From positions 3,237 through 67,236 of the forward strand of contig JAGFCA010000028.1 of NCBI GenBank assembly GCA_022394755.1: a stretch of DNA of 64,000 nucleotides, in the 5' to 3' direction. The notes below the pieces were generated by a model. The model did no database searches. It saw only the letters and a program-made list of their open reading frames with translations, and was not told the origin of the DNA. Position numbers and translations under genes: made by a program. This document shows, one piece after another, positions 20,370-29,100 of the stretch. Source of the DNA: Candidatus Poribacteria bacterium. GTDB lineage: Bacteria > Poribacteria > WGA-4E > WGA-3G. Position 1 is the first letter of the stretch, and each line of letters starts with the position of its first letter.

Positions 20370-20663
20370 TTATTCCTTGTTTTGATTCAATACTTGCGTG
20401 AATTCTTCCAGAGTTTCAACTTGCATTGCAACTTGAAACAGTTGTTTGAGGCGTTGGAGATTGCCAATCTTCTCCAAAGCAGGTTTTAAGGTTTGGACAT
20501 TTTCGGTTTGTAATCGTAAGGCGAGAGTCTCAAGGATTATCTCGCGTGTAGTTTCTTGAGCACCTTGCTGTATACCTTGTTGTATACCTTGTTGTATACC
20601 TTGTTGCCTTCCTCTTTCGCGTGCTTGTGGTGCTACGTATTCAACAATTGGCGGATTTTGCAT
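20370..20663 (-). CDS. Candidate internal in-frame small protein (RpnS-like, 97 aa)
   Basis: GGAGG-aaacc-ATG inside the rpn gene, just before the QQGI repeats. Confidence 0.55.
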   Translation of the reverse strand: MQNPPIVEYVAPQARERGRQQGIQQGIQQGIQQGAQETTREIILETLALRLQTENVQTLKPALEKIGNLQRLKQLFQVAMQVETLEEFTQVLNQNKE

Positions 20664-21299
20664 GGTTTCCTCCGAGATAATATCTAAAATCGTTTGTGAA
20701 TCGTAAATTAAATTTCCCAAAATAGCCAAACTTCCGAGATATTCAGGCTTGTTCGGAACATCAATACTATCAGCTATTTTAACACACCTGCGAAGCCATT
20801 GTACAGAATCTATGTCTCCCGGATGCTGCATGAGTGGAGTGAAAGGGACCAAACCTACCAACTTTAAATCGAGTATCGTTTGTCCATCCATTTCACTTAG
20901 CCGGAAAACTTTGTATTCAATAGAAATATTATGGTTTTCCAGATTTTGTGTAAACTTTCCCGGGTCGTTTCTCCCCGCATCAGGACGAAGGTAAAGGACA
21001 TTGGAATACACAGGCATACGGTAGACTTCAACCGCTCTAATAATATACCCCGCCATCCGCAGTGGCATCTCCGGGTCATAACTATCAGTAGTTTGAAACT
21101 CAAAATGCACAAGCACTTCTGTCCCTTCGTAAAGGACTTTGATGAGAATGTCTGCTTGACGCATTTCAACGGTTGGTTGTTCAGGAGTAACAACCTCCAG
21201 TACGGTGATATTATCCAATCCAAATTTGAAGCAGAGATGGACGAAATCCTGCGGATTTGTCTCTACCTGTTTTTTAGAGGCAGTATCAAAACTTGCCAT
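20370..21299 (-). CDS. Rpn/YhgA-like PD-(D/E)XK nuclease (putative transposase family)
   Basis: FDTASK, QADILI..LVHFEFQT..MPLRMAGY; C-terminal GRQQGIQQGIQQG repeats plus a helical tail. Confidence 0.85.
   Translation of the reverse strand: MASFDTASKKQVETNPQDFVHLCFKFGLDNITVLEVVTPEQPTVEMRQADILIKVLYEGTEVLVHFEFQTTDSYDPEMPLRMAGYIIRAVEVYRMPVYSNVLYLRPDAGRNDPGKFTQNLENHNISIEYKVFRLSEMDGQTILDLKLVGLVPFTPLMQHPGDIDSVQWLRRCVKIADSIDVPNKPEYLGSLAILGNLIYDSQTILDIISEETMQNPPIVEYVAPQARERGRQQGIQQGIQQGIQQGAQETTREIILETLALRLQTENVQTLKPALEKIGNLQRLKQLFQVAMQVETLEEFTQVLNQNKE
20563..20606. repeat. 12-bp tandem repeat (ccttgttgtata) encoding QQGI
   Basis: About 3.5 copies read directly. Confidence 0.85.
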
Positions 21300-21341
21300 C
21301 TGTATCCTTCACAGTTTCAATTATATGCATTTAGCCTTAAC

Positions 21342-22283
21342 TTATAATCCTTCATATATTATATTGATAACGAGTTTTGCTACAACTTCTAAACTCTTTG
21401 GACTACATTTATCAACAGTATCTTCAAGTGTATGCCAATACGGATAATCGAAGTCAATGATATTTACCATCGGTATACCTGCTTTGATTAAAGGCACATG
21501 ATCATCCATTATGGCATCCCCTAATTTGTGTTGAAATGGAGCTAAACCGAGTTTTTGTGCTCGCCGCCAGATAGCGTCCGTATATTCACGGTTTGCATTC
21601 CATGAAAATAGTTCAATAGGTATTTGCAGATCTTTGTCACCTATCATATCTAAAAGGATACCGTAATCAGGTTTCCATTTCCCCATGTTTTTCGCGAAAT
21701 ATCGAGATCCCAGAAACATCTGATCTCCTGTTTTCCCATAATCTTCACCATCAAACAAAACAATGATGACCCTTCGTGGGGGTGGTACTTCTTTTAATAC
21801 CCGGGCGACCTCCACCAAAACAGCAACACCAGAAGCACCATCATTTGCTCCCATAATAGGTTCCCGTTGCTTCTCTGGATTTGGATCTTTATCTGCACAA
21901 GGTCGTGTATCCCAATGTGCTGCAAGTAGAAGAGTATCGCTATGGTCATTACCAAATTCAGCGATAATGTTATTCATATGGAGTGTGATGCGTTCAGGTG
22001 GAATACTATTTGTATCTACATCGGATGTGTAGGGTTGGAGGGTCACAGTATCAGAGTATTTTTTGAGTTCCGAAAACAGATAATCTCTGGTCTTTCGATG
22101 TGCATCAGTGTTCGGCGGCCTGGGTCCAAATTCGCACTGTTTTTTAAGAATATCAAAGGCCCGATTACTATCAAAAAGTATTAATGGATCCTCAGAGGGT
22201 GAAGTTGACGATTCTATACATGCGATATTAAGTAATCCGCAATATAGAAATAAAAAAAGAAAGGCAATTCGTATAATTTTCAT
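21342..22283 (-). CDS. M28-family peptidase / glutaminyl-cyclase-like lipoprotein
   Basis: AAHWDTR, GANDGASGVA, FDGED, LDMIG, DDHVP and WHTLED. Confidence 0.88.
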   Translation of the reverse strand: MKIIRIAFLFLFLYCGLLNIACIESSTSPSEDPLILFDSNRAFDILKKQCEFGPRPPNTDAHRKTRDYLFSELKKYSDTVTLQPYTSDVDTNSIPPERITLHMNNIIAEFGNDHSDTLLLAAHWDTRPCADKDPNPEKQREPIMGANDGASGVAVLVEVARVLKEVPPPRRVIIVLFDGEDYGKTGDQMFLGSRYFAKNMGKWKPDYGILLDMIGDKDLQIPIELFSWNANREYTDAIWRRAQKLGLAPFQHKLGDAIMDDHVPLIKAGIPMVNIIDFDYPYWHTLEDTVDKCSPKSLEVVAKLVINIIYEGL

Positions 22284-22326
22284 CTCAACTCCAAATGTAT
22301 AAGCATTCGAATCTCTATTAAGGATC

Positions 22327-22926
22327 TTAGACTTCGCGTCTACCTTCTAATGCTTTTGCAAGAGTCACTTCGTCAATATATTCTAAATCTCCTCCAACGG
22401 GAATACCATACGCTATTCTGGTCACAGAGACCTGATATTGTTCAAGATGTTGTGTAAGATAAAGAGCCGTTGCTTGTCCCTCAGTATCCCAATTGGTAGC
22501 GAGAATAACCTCATTGACATTACCATTACCAACACGGTTGAAGAGGGAATCAATCCTCAGAGAATCAGGACCAACACCATCTAATGGTGATAAAACTCCA
22601 CCGAGCACGTGGTACAATCCAGGAAATATCTCAGTCCGTTCAATTGCCCATAGGTCATCCGGTTGTTCAACGACACATATTTTTTGTTGATCGCGTCTTG
22701 GATTTGAACAGATTCGACAGGGATTAATATCCGTTATAGTGCCACATGTATTGCAATCAGACAAGTTTTCTTTTACCTCTAAAATCGCCTCAGCAATCTG
22801 GTTAGTTTCAATATCTGGCAATGTTAACATAAAAAATGCTAAACGTTGTGCGGTTTTTGGACCAACAGTTGGTAATTTTTGAAGCTGCAGAATGAGCCGT
22901 TCCAATGGTTGTGGGTAGCCTTGCAT
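22327..22926 (-). CDS. recR: Recombination mediator RecR
   Basis: LPTVGPKTAQRLA, C4 zinc finger, YHVLGG and Toprim GIPVGGDLEYID. Confidence 0.97.
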   Translation of the reverse strand: MQGYPQPLERLILQLQKLPTVGPKTAQRLAFFMLTLPDIETNQIAEAILEVKENLSDCNTCGTITDINPCRICSNPRRDQQKICVVEQPDDLWAIERTEIFPGLYHVLGGVLSPLDGVGPDSLRIDSLFNRVGNGNVNEVILATNWDTEGQATALYLTQHLEQYQVSVTRIAYGIPVGGDLEYIDEVTLAKALEGRREV

Positions 22927-23057
22927 GTTTTGCCTAACGTTTAGATGGTACTTTATAAATGGCTATCTTTAGATGTCCTTATTTATATTTTTTAGGTGTA
23001 TTAGATTATTAATCTGTAATAACTACTAACTTGTATAGCGTAAGAACTGACGTATAA

Positions 23058-23390
23058 TTATGGTAATCCTGGAATTTTAAGACCGCCAGTGAGTTTGCTC
23101 ATTTCATCCGACATAAGATCTTGTGATTGTTGGAGTGCTTCATTTACGGCGGCAACGACCAAATCTTCCAACATCTCCGTGTCATCAGGATCAACAACTT
23201 CAGGTGTAATGCGTAGTGATACCAGCTCTTGCTGTCCATTCACAACGGCAGTGACCATACCACCACCGACTGTTGCTTCAATAGTCTGATTAGCGAGTTC
23301 TTCTCTAATTTCGAGCATACGTTTCTGCATCTGTTGTGCTTGTTTCATCAAGTCATTCATTTTCATAGTATCAAGTGTACCAGTTCTCAA
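23058..23390 (-). CDS. ybaB: YbaB/EbfC nucleoid-associated protein
   Basis: MKQAQQMQ, GGGMV and EMLEDLVVAAVNEA; lies between dnaX and recR. Confidence 0.95.
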   Translation of the reverse strand: MRTGTLDTMKMNDLMKQAQQMQKRMLEIREELANQTIEATVGGGMVTAVVNGQQELVSLRITPEVVDPDDTEMLEDLVVAAVNEALQQSQDLMSDEMSKLTGGLKIPGLP

Positions 23391-23408
23391 AGAGAATTGG
23401 AAATCTCC

Positions 23409-25160
23409 TTATTGAGTATCTAATATTTTTGCGTCAAACAGTTCAAGCACAGGTCCGATCTGTTCATCTTCTTCAGCTTGCCGTTTACGCATCATAGGTG
23501 TAGTAGGAATTTCTTCAACATTTTCAGGTGCTTCTTCTGTGGGGGGTATTTCTGCCTTAACCAATTCAACATGTATAGGTTTACCGATAACATCAGAAAA
23601 AATCCGTGTGGTGTCTTTTATTGTTTCATCATCAACTAAAGAGAAACTACCGTGTGGACAAGATATCTTTATACGATCATCACCATCTTTTGCTGGGACA
23701 GCATCCTTAAATATACCGTGAATTAATAAGGGTGAAACCTCCTTAAGAATTGTTTTTACCTCATCCCAAATAGCCGGTAATTCATCTAAACTACGAACAG
23801 TTGCATGGTCAGATTTAACGGTATTTGTTTCTGAGGTATTATCCTCTGCATTAGGTTTTGGAGCGGGTTGTACCAGTGTTTCCTGTTTTTGTGAATCTTG
23901 TGAAGGACTATCTATATTTGAGGTTGGCTCGGGGGTATTACTTTGAGGGATATTTGAAATTGGTGGTGCTGAAGAAACATCGGAAGTTTCAATTTTCTGT
24001 TCAATTTCAATCAATTTTTTCACAATCTCATCAAGTGGAATTATTTCATTGATTGCATTAATTTGAACTAAAGCACTTTCAAGTTGTAATTGTGGGTATC
24101 CGTATTCTTTTATTTCACGGTTGGTGTGCATTAATATCTTTACAATCCGTGACAATCTCTCTACAGAAATTTGGTCTGCTTTTTCCTTAAGATTTGGTAG
24201 ATCGGACTTCGGACTCTGAACAAGTTCTTCAAGTTGATTATCAATTGCGAGCAGTCTTAGGTCGCGAAAATAAGCGATAAGTTGGCTAATACATTGTGCT
24301 AAATCCATACCCTGTTTAGACAACTTGTCTAATGTTGCCAGTCCAGCAGAAAGGTCTCGTCCAGTGATTGCTTCAGTAAGCTCGTGTAGTAGATAGCTTG
24401 AGCCAAGTCCGAGTGTTTCTTCCACATTTGTGGTGTTTAACTCTTTTCCTGCGGAAGCAACTAATCTTTCGAGTAAGTTTTCTGCATCCCGAAGACAGCC
24501 TTCAGATTGTCGTGCAATGAGAGAAAGCACATCTGTATCAGCTGAAATTTCTTCATCGTTAGCAATAAGTTGCAAGCGTTCAATAATCTGTTCATTGTCG
24601 ATATGACGAAAATCAAAATCTTGACAACGTGAAATGATGGTTTTAGGGATATTGGCGTGTTCAGTTGTCGCCATAATGAAAATCACATGGGATGGAGGTT
24701 CTTCAAGGGTCTTCAGTAATGCGTTGAAGCCTTCCGTTGTGAGCATGTGAACTTCATCAATAATGTAGATTTTATATTTATAGGCTGCGGGGGAAAGTTT
24801 AACATTTTCGCGCAGGTCTCTGATGGTATCAATTCCACGATTAGATGCTGCATCCATCTCTATGACATCAAAAGATGAGCCATTTGTAATTTCTTTACAA
24901 GCTTGGCATTCATTACACGGTTCACCGGTAATAACTTTTTCGAATTCAGTTTCTTTTGTGGGATTTTGACAGTTGACAGTCTTGGCAAAGAGTCGTGCAA
25001 CAGTAGTTTTACCTGTACCTCTTGGTCCCCAAAAAAGGTAGGCGTGTCCGATCCGTTCTGATCGGATTTGATTCTGTAACGTAGTAGTTACATGAGTTTG
25101 CCCAACAACGTCGTTGAAAGACTGTGGACGCCATTTTTGTGCGAGGACTTCGTATGACAT
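23409..25160 (-). CDS. dnaX: DNA polymerase III subunit gamma/tau
   Basis: LAQKWRPQSF, GPRGTGKTT, DAASNRG, DEVHML and SRC. Confidence 0.97.
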   Translation of the reverse strand: MSYEVLAQKWRPQSFNDVVGQTHVTTTLQNQIRSERIGHAYLFWGPRGTGKTTVARLFAKTVNCQNPTKETEFEKVITGEPCNECQACKEITNGSSFDVIEMDAASNRGIDTIRDLRENVKLSPAAYKYKIYIIDEVHMLTTEGFNALLKTLEEPPSHVIFIMATTEHANIPKTIISRCQDFDFRHIDNEQIIERLQLIANDEEISADTDVLSLIARQSEGCLRDAENLLERLVASAGKELNTTNVEETLGLGSSYLLHELTEAITGRDLSAGLATLDKLSKQGMDLAQCISQLIAYFRDLRLLAIDNQLEELVQSPKSDLPNLKEKADQISVERLSRIVKILMHTNREIKEYGYPQLQLESALVQINAINEIIPLDEIVKKLIEIEQKIETSDVSSAPPISNIPQSNTPEPTSNIDSPSQDSQKQETLVQPAPKPNAEDNTSETNTVKSDHATVRSLDELPAIWDEVKTILKEVSPLLIHGIFKDAVPAKDGDDRIKISCPHGSFSLVDDETIKDTTRIFSDVIGKPIHVELVKAEIPPTEEAPENVEEIPTTPMMRKRQAEEDEQIGPVLELFDAKILDTQ

Positions 25161-25302
25161 AGTTGATACCTTCGGTGGGAGAAATAAGATTCAACCTTAG
25201 TCCGTATCGTCAATACCAGTAACAACATTTCTGCGATTGCGTACACCGGAGAATGACGAATTGTAAGGAGTAAACACCACCGATCCGTTCAATAAATATA
25301 AT

Positions 25303-25572
25303 GGCTATGCACCCAGAGTTGACAAACCATTCCGGGCGTTTCCCATATCGTTTGCTCAAGTTAGGCTACCTTGCGTCACACGAAAAGACTTACCTGCCGC
25401 TGCTTCCTTCCGGACCTGACGGGATTCAACAAGCTATCGTTGCTCAAGACCCAACTATCAACGCCACGTGTATGGGACAGTCCCCACAAAGATAGGCCGC
25501 GTGCCGGGGATTCAGTTCTGCTATAGCGGATTGCAGATACAGGGCACCGCTACCTCCCCACTTAGCATAGCC
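25303..25572 (-). ncRNA. ffs: Signal recognition particle RNA, large (Alu-domain) bacterial type
   Basis: Minus strand has helix-8 GTCAGGTCCGGAAGGAAGCAGC and 5' Alu GGGGAGGTAGCGGTGCCCTGT; complementary GGCTATGC/GCATAGCC ends; directly upstream of dnaX. Confidence 0.93.
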
Positions 25573-25601
25573 AAACCGTAAAACTCATTCGTTGATGTGG
25601 T

Positions 25602-25640
25602 AAACGTCGGTTGGGTATTTCCTACCAACCGACGTTTTTT
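25602..25640. terminator. Hairpin aaacgtcggttgg/ccaaccgacgttt between tRNA-Ser and ffs
   Basis: 13-bp inverted repeat with a T-run on the + side; may be a terminator or a processing stem. Confidence 0.5.
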
Positions 25641-25648
25641 CTTAAAAC

Positions 25649-25740
25649 TGGCGGAGAGAGTGGGATTCGAACCCACGGTACTGCAAAACAGCACACATGC
25701 TTTCCAGGCATGCCAGTTCAGCCATCTCCTGCATCTCTCC
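25649..25740 (-). tRNA. tRNA-Ser(GGA)
   Basis: Anticodon arm CATGC-CT GGA AA-GCATG, long variable arm, GTTCGAATC, encoded CCA. Confidence 0.95.
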
Positions 25741-25760
25741 AGAAAATACCATTGAATAAA

Positions 25761-25833
25761 TGGAGCAGACGGGAGTTGAACCCGTGACCTCATCCGTGCG
25801 AGGGATGCGCTCTCCCAACTGAGCTACTGCCCC
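25761..25833 (-). tRNA. tRNA-Ala(CGC)
   Basis: GGGGCAGTAGCTCAG; arm CATCC-CT CGC AC-GGATG; G3:U70. Confidence 0.95.
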
Positions 25834-25876
25834 AATGTTATTTTAAAGAACGTAACAAACACCTAAATATCTAAAA

Positions 25877-25961
25877 CGGAGAGAGTGGGATTCGAACCCA
25901 CGGTAGCTTACGCTACAACAGTTTTCGAGACTGTCCAGTTCAACCGCTCCTGCATCTCTCC
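25877..25961 (-). tRNA. tRNA-Ser(CGA)
   Basis: ACAGT-CT CGA AA-ACTGT; long variable arm. Confidence 0.95.
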
Positions 25962-26040
25962 TTGTGGCTTTCAGCTTTAAACAAGCAATGTTCTATAACG
26001 CTAACCTGACATTTAGTTTTACAGTACATTATGAATTAAC

Positions 26041-26553
26041 TTAACGTCTGTCTTTAAAGAACGATTTCAAGACAGCACTACTCTCTTCAGCACAAACACC
26101 GCTGACGACATCAACTTGGTGATTCAGGCGTTCGTCTTGTAGTATATTATAGAGTGTGCCTGCTGCTCCTGCCTTCGGATCTGCAGTTGCGTAAACAATT
26201 CTGGGGATACGTGCTTGAACTATAGCGCCAGCACACATAGGACATGGCTCTAAGGTTACATATAGGATCGTATCCGTTAGACGCCAATTTCCAACCTCTT
26301 TTGATGCTTGCTGCATAGCGAGCATTTCAGCGTGTGCAATTGGGTTGCCAGTTTGTTCTCGTAGGTTATAGGCAGCTGCTAAATCCGTGTTGTTTTTAAC
26401 AATGATAGCCCCAACTGGGACTTCACCTTCTTCACCAGCTTGTTTTGCCAACAGTAGTGCCTTCTTCATCCACAGAATATCTTTTTCTAATGTGTGATTA
26501 ATAGCGGAAGATTCTGAAGGTGTCTGTATTTTGATTGATTCTTGAGCACTCAC
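26041..26553 (-). CDS. tadA: tRNA adenosine(34) deaminase
   Basis: GEVPVGA, AHAEM, TLEPCPMCAGA and LNH. Confidence 0.95.
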   Translation of the reverse strand: MSAQESIKIQTPSESSAINHTLEKDILWMKKALLLAKQAGEEGEVPVGAIIVKNNTDLAAAYNLREQTGNPIAHAEMLAMQQASKEVGNWRLTDTILYVTLEPCPMCAGAIVQARIPRIVYATADPKAGAAGTLYNILQDERLNHQVDVVSGVCAEESSAVLKSFFKDRR

Positions 26554-26574
26554 TTGTATGCCCTAAGATTCAAA

Positions 26575-26648
26575 AGCGCCTGAGAGGATTCGAACCCCCG
26601 GCCTTCTGATCCGTAGTCAGATGCTCTAATCCACTGAGCTACAGGCGC
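26575..26648 (-). tRNA. tRNA-Arg(ACG)
   Basis: GCGCCTGTAGCTCAG; TCTGA-CT ACG GA-TCAGA. Confidence 0.95.
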
Positions 26649-26779
26649 ATCTTCGCCAAAACGATGGCAATATAAATGAATTCAGTTGGATTTGACTATA
26701 TTGTTAAACCCAACCTTCAGCTTAGATCACGTATATAACACCAAGTCATAGGTATTGATACACGCTTCATAACAAAAAA

Positions 26780-26864
26780 CGGAGAGGGTGGGATTCGAAC
26801 CCACGATGGCTAACGCCATAACTGCTTAGCAGGCAGTCCAGTTCAACCACTCCTGCACCTCTCC
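26780..26864 (-). tRNA. tRNA-Ser(GCT)
   Basis: ACTGC-CT GCT AA-GCAGT; long variable arm. Confidence 0.95.
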
Positions 26865-26871
26865 AATAATA

Positions 26872-26959
26872 TGGCGGTGGGAGTAGGATTCGAACCCACG
26901 GTGACTTGCGCCACAACGGTTTTCAAGACCGCCGCTTTCGTCCACTCAGCCATCCCACC
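26872..26959 (-). tRNA. tRNA-Ser(TGA)
   Basis: GCGGT-CT TGA AA-ACCGT; encoded CCA. Confidence 0.95.
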
Positions 26960-26983
26960 ATTCTGTTTAAATAGCAAATTTTA

Positions 26984-27012
26984 ATTATAGCATAGACTAA
27001 CCCTTTTGTCAA
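26984..27012 (-). promoter_or_regulatory. Consensus sigma70 promoter of the tRNA-tadA-ffs cluster
   Basis: TTGACA-17 bp-TATAAT with extended TG, ~25 bp upstream of tRNA-Ser(TGA). Confidence 0.85.
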
Positions 27013-27370
27013 GTGATTTTAAGGGCTCTGAGTATGTAAAGTTTTTGACATAAATAGCGTATTTTCCATGTGTATATTTATAGATTACAGTTATTGGTTT
27101 TCAACATACAGTTTACTATAGTATTACATCTAAGCTATTACATTATTAAAATGATTTTATCGTTTTTCCAACATAGTACATTTTATTAGATGTGAGACAA
27201 AAATGTTACACTTTTCCTACAAATTGTAGGATTGTATCTTGTTATTTGATTGCCTTTCCTATTAGTCCCTGTCTGGGTTTGTAGCGAATTAAACCTCTAA
27301 TTCTAAAATTTTAAAAAAGTTGCAATTTTGTAGTTTTCCTTGATGGCGCTGATTCTGTTTTTACTATTAT

Positions 27371-27611
27371 TAACGTGAGTTTGATAAATCTAATTTTATT
27401 AATCAGTGCGGTTAGGAAACCTTACCTACCGGCTCTTTCGGAGAGATATTCTTGAAATATCAAGTTATGCCATTTTTAATAACAGATGTCTCATTCAAAG
27501 AGTCGGGATTCGGAGATCCCTCCTACCAAAGAACAGAACACGAAATAAAGTCATAATGTAAATAAATCAATTGAAAATGGTATTATTTATCCTATTGTCA
27601 AACTCACGTTA
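27371..27611. mobile_element. MITE with TAACGTGAGTTTGA terminal inverted repeats, containing a second IR pair and REP hairpins
   Basis: Perfect 14-bp TIR; absent from the corresponding position in copy 2. Confidence 0.8.
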
Positions 27612-28026
27612 TTATTATTCTCATAACATAATATTTATCGGTAGATTCACTCCTGAAAAATCAGATTATTGGATTAGATTATAATACACTTTGTAGTACT
27701 ACTATGTATGATAATAATTCTCTCTATGTTATTGTAACGTGTATTTATTATTATGTCAATGTGTATTTATCTATATGGTATTAGTTGCTTTGTCATTTGT
27801 TTTCTTCAATTTATTTTTATGTATTATACATGTTGTCTGAAACGCTGATAGTCGACTGCTATTGTTCCTTATGTCAGAATCTCGTATTACACGGAGAAGA
27901 AGGCTTTAGGTAGTGATGGCTTTCTTTTCTGAATCACGGATGATACAGGATTACGCGGAGAAGGGTCTTGCTACATTTATTGTTTGATCCCCGAATCTGA
28001 ATAGGATTTCACACATTCCGCTCCTC

Positions 28027-28063
28027 GAATCAGAATCAGAAACAGGAATCAGGAATCAGAATC
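28027..28063. repeat. (G)GAATCA microsatellite
   Basis: gaatcagaatcagaaacaggaatcaggaatcagaatca. Confidence 0.7.
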
Positions 28064-28275
28064 AACGGTATGAACCCCATTTAGGAGTTCCCCGGGTATG
28101 AATGCCGTAGGACATTCCCCGGAACTCAAAATATAAGATAATCCCTAATACAGACAAGCCATAATGAAAATCTATTACTTGAAAATGGTATTACATCAAA
28201 CTAACGTTATCAATACATCATAAAATATAGACGGTTTCTTACTTGGGTTTGTCCCAATACATCTGTAATCAAATC

Positions 28276-29100
28276 CTATTCCTTTACCACAACCTTGCTA
28301 AACATACTCCAGATTCCTAAGCCTGCCAGAATTGATAGATTTGGAAAAAGAAGTGGTGCCAAAATAGGAGCACCATAGAGGAATTTATCTATCTGTGTAA
28401 TACCAGGAGCTTGTAGATCTGTTGTCAGGTGGAGGAAAAAACCCAGAACGCCAACTATGAAGTTAATTACTAATACTATTATACAAAACCTAAAGAATAG
28501 GGGTTCGGGTGATATAAAAAACAGTGTTCCTAAACATCCTACTGCGAATGCGCTTGCAAAAACAGGTATCCACTCAGATGGATTGAAAAATCCGTTTTGT
28601 GCATGGTCGAAAACAGAGAGTATGAAATTACCGCACCATCCAACCCACGCTATAAACACAATCCATTGTGACCATTCTAAATCTTTATCACTAATCATTC
28701 TGTTCATAATCAAAAGAAGACCGATACCTGTAAAAGCGAGAGGTGCGACAAACGGAGCTGTATAGACAATGTTTTTGAGCGTTAGATCAGAGAAAAACTC
28801 ACTGCCGAGATGGAAGAACATACCAGAAACACCGATACCTATTGCACTTGCCCCTATAGTGAAACAGCAATAGTTTTTCCAGATCCGTGTTCTACCTAAG
28901 CGTACGATAGCGAGTAGGAGTGAAGCTCCTAATGCGAAGTAGAAAGGAATCCATTCCGCTGGGTGAGCAAATGCATTGACGGAATGTGCTATAAACACAT
29001 CAAGAGCTAAAAATGCGAGGTTAGCGACAATGAAAATATCAAGTATTTTGGCAGCTGATCCTTTACTATTTAGTAGCGTTTTGTCTGAGTTCTTGTGCAA
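28276..29100 (-). CDS. Polytopic membrane protein with internal duplication, partner of the multiheme cytochrome
   Basis: About 8 TMs; both halves share H-x-x-N-x-F-x-x-P-x-EWIP...FH/LH...AP-x-x-APL; overlaps the cytochrome 3' end. Confidence 0.75.
   Translation of the reverse strand: MHKNSDKTLLNSKGSAAKILDIFIVANLAFLALDVFIAHSVNAFAHPAEWIPFYFALGASLLLAIVRLGRTRIWKNYCCFTIGASAIGIGVSGMFFHLGSEFFSDLTLKNIVYTAPFVAPLAFTGIGLLLIMNRMISDKDLEWSQWIVFIAWVGWCGNFILSVFDHAQNGFFNPSEWIPVFASAFAVGCLGTLFFISPEPLFFRFCIIVLVINFIVGVLGFFLHLTTDLQAPGITQIDKFLYGAPILAPLLFPNLSILAGLGIWSMFSKVVVKE

Larger units (their letters stand above)
27030..28122. mobile_element. Non-coding dispersed element, copy 1 (inverted homolog of 62451-63375), interrupted by a nested MITE
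   Basis: Long colinear reverse-complement similarity to ~62615-63375; terminus GAGTATGTAAAGTTTTTGACA. Confidence 0.75.

Noticed and set aside
23409..25160. Programmed frameshift in dnaX producing gamma
   Set aside because: No A-AAA-AAG slippery site or long A-run recognised at the expected position.
25301..25793. ORF-track calls 25301..25495 and 25521..25793
   Set aside because: They overlap the SRP RNA and tRNAs; spurious.
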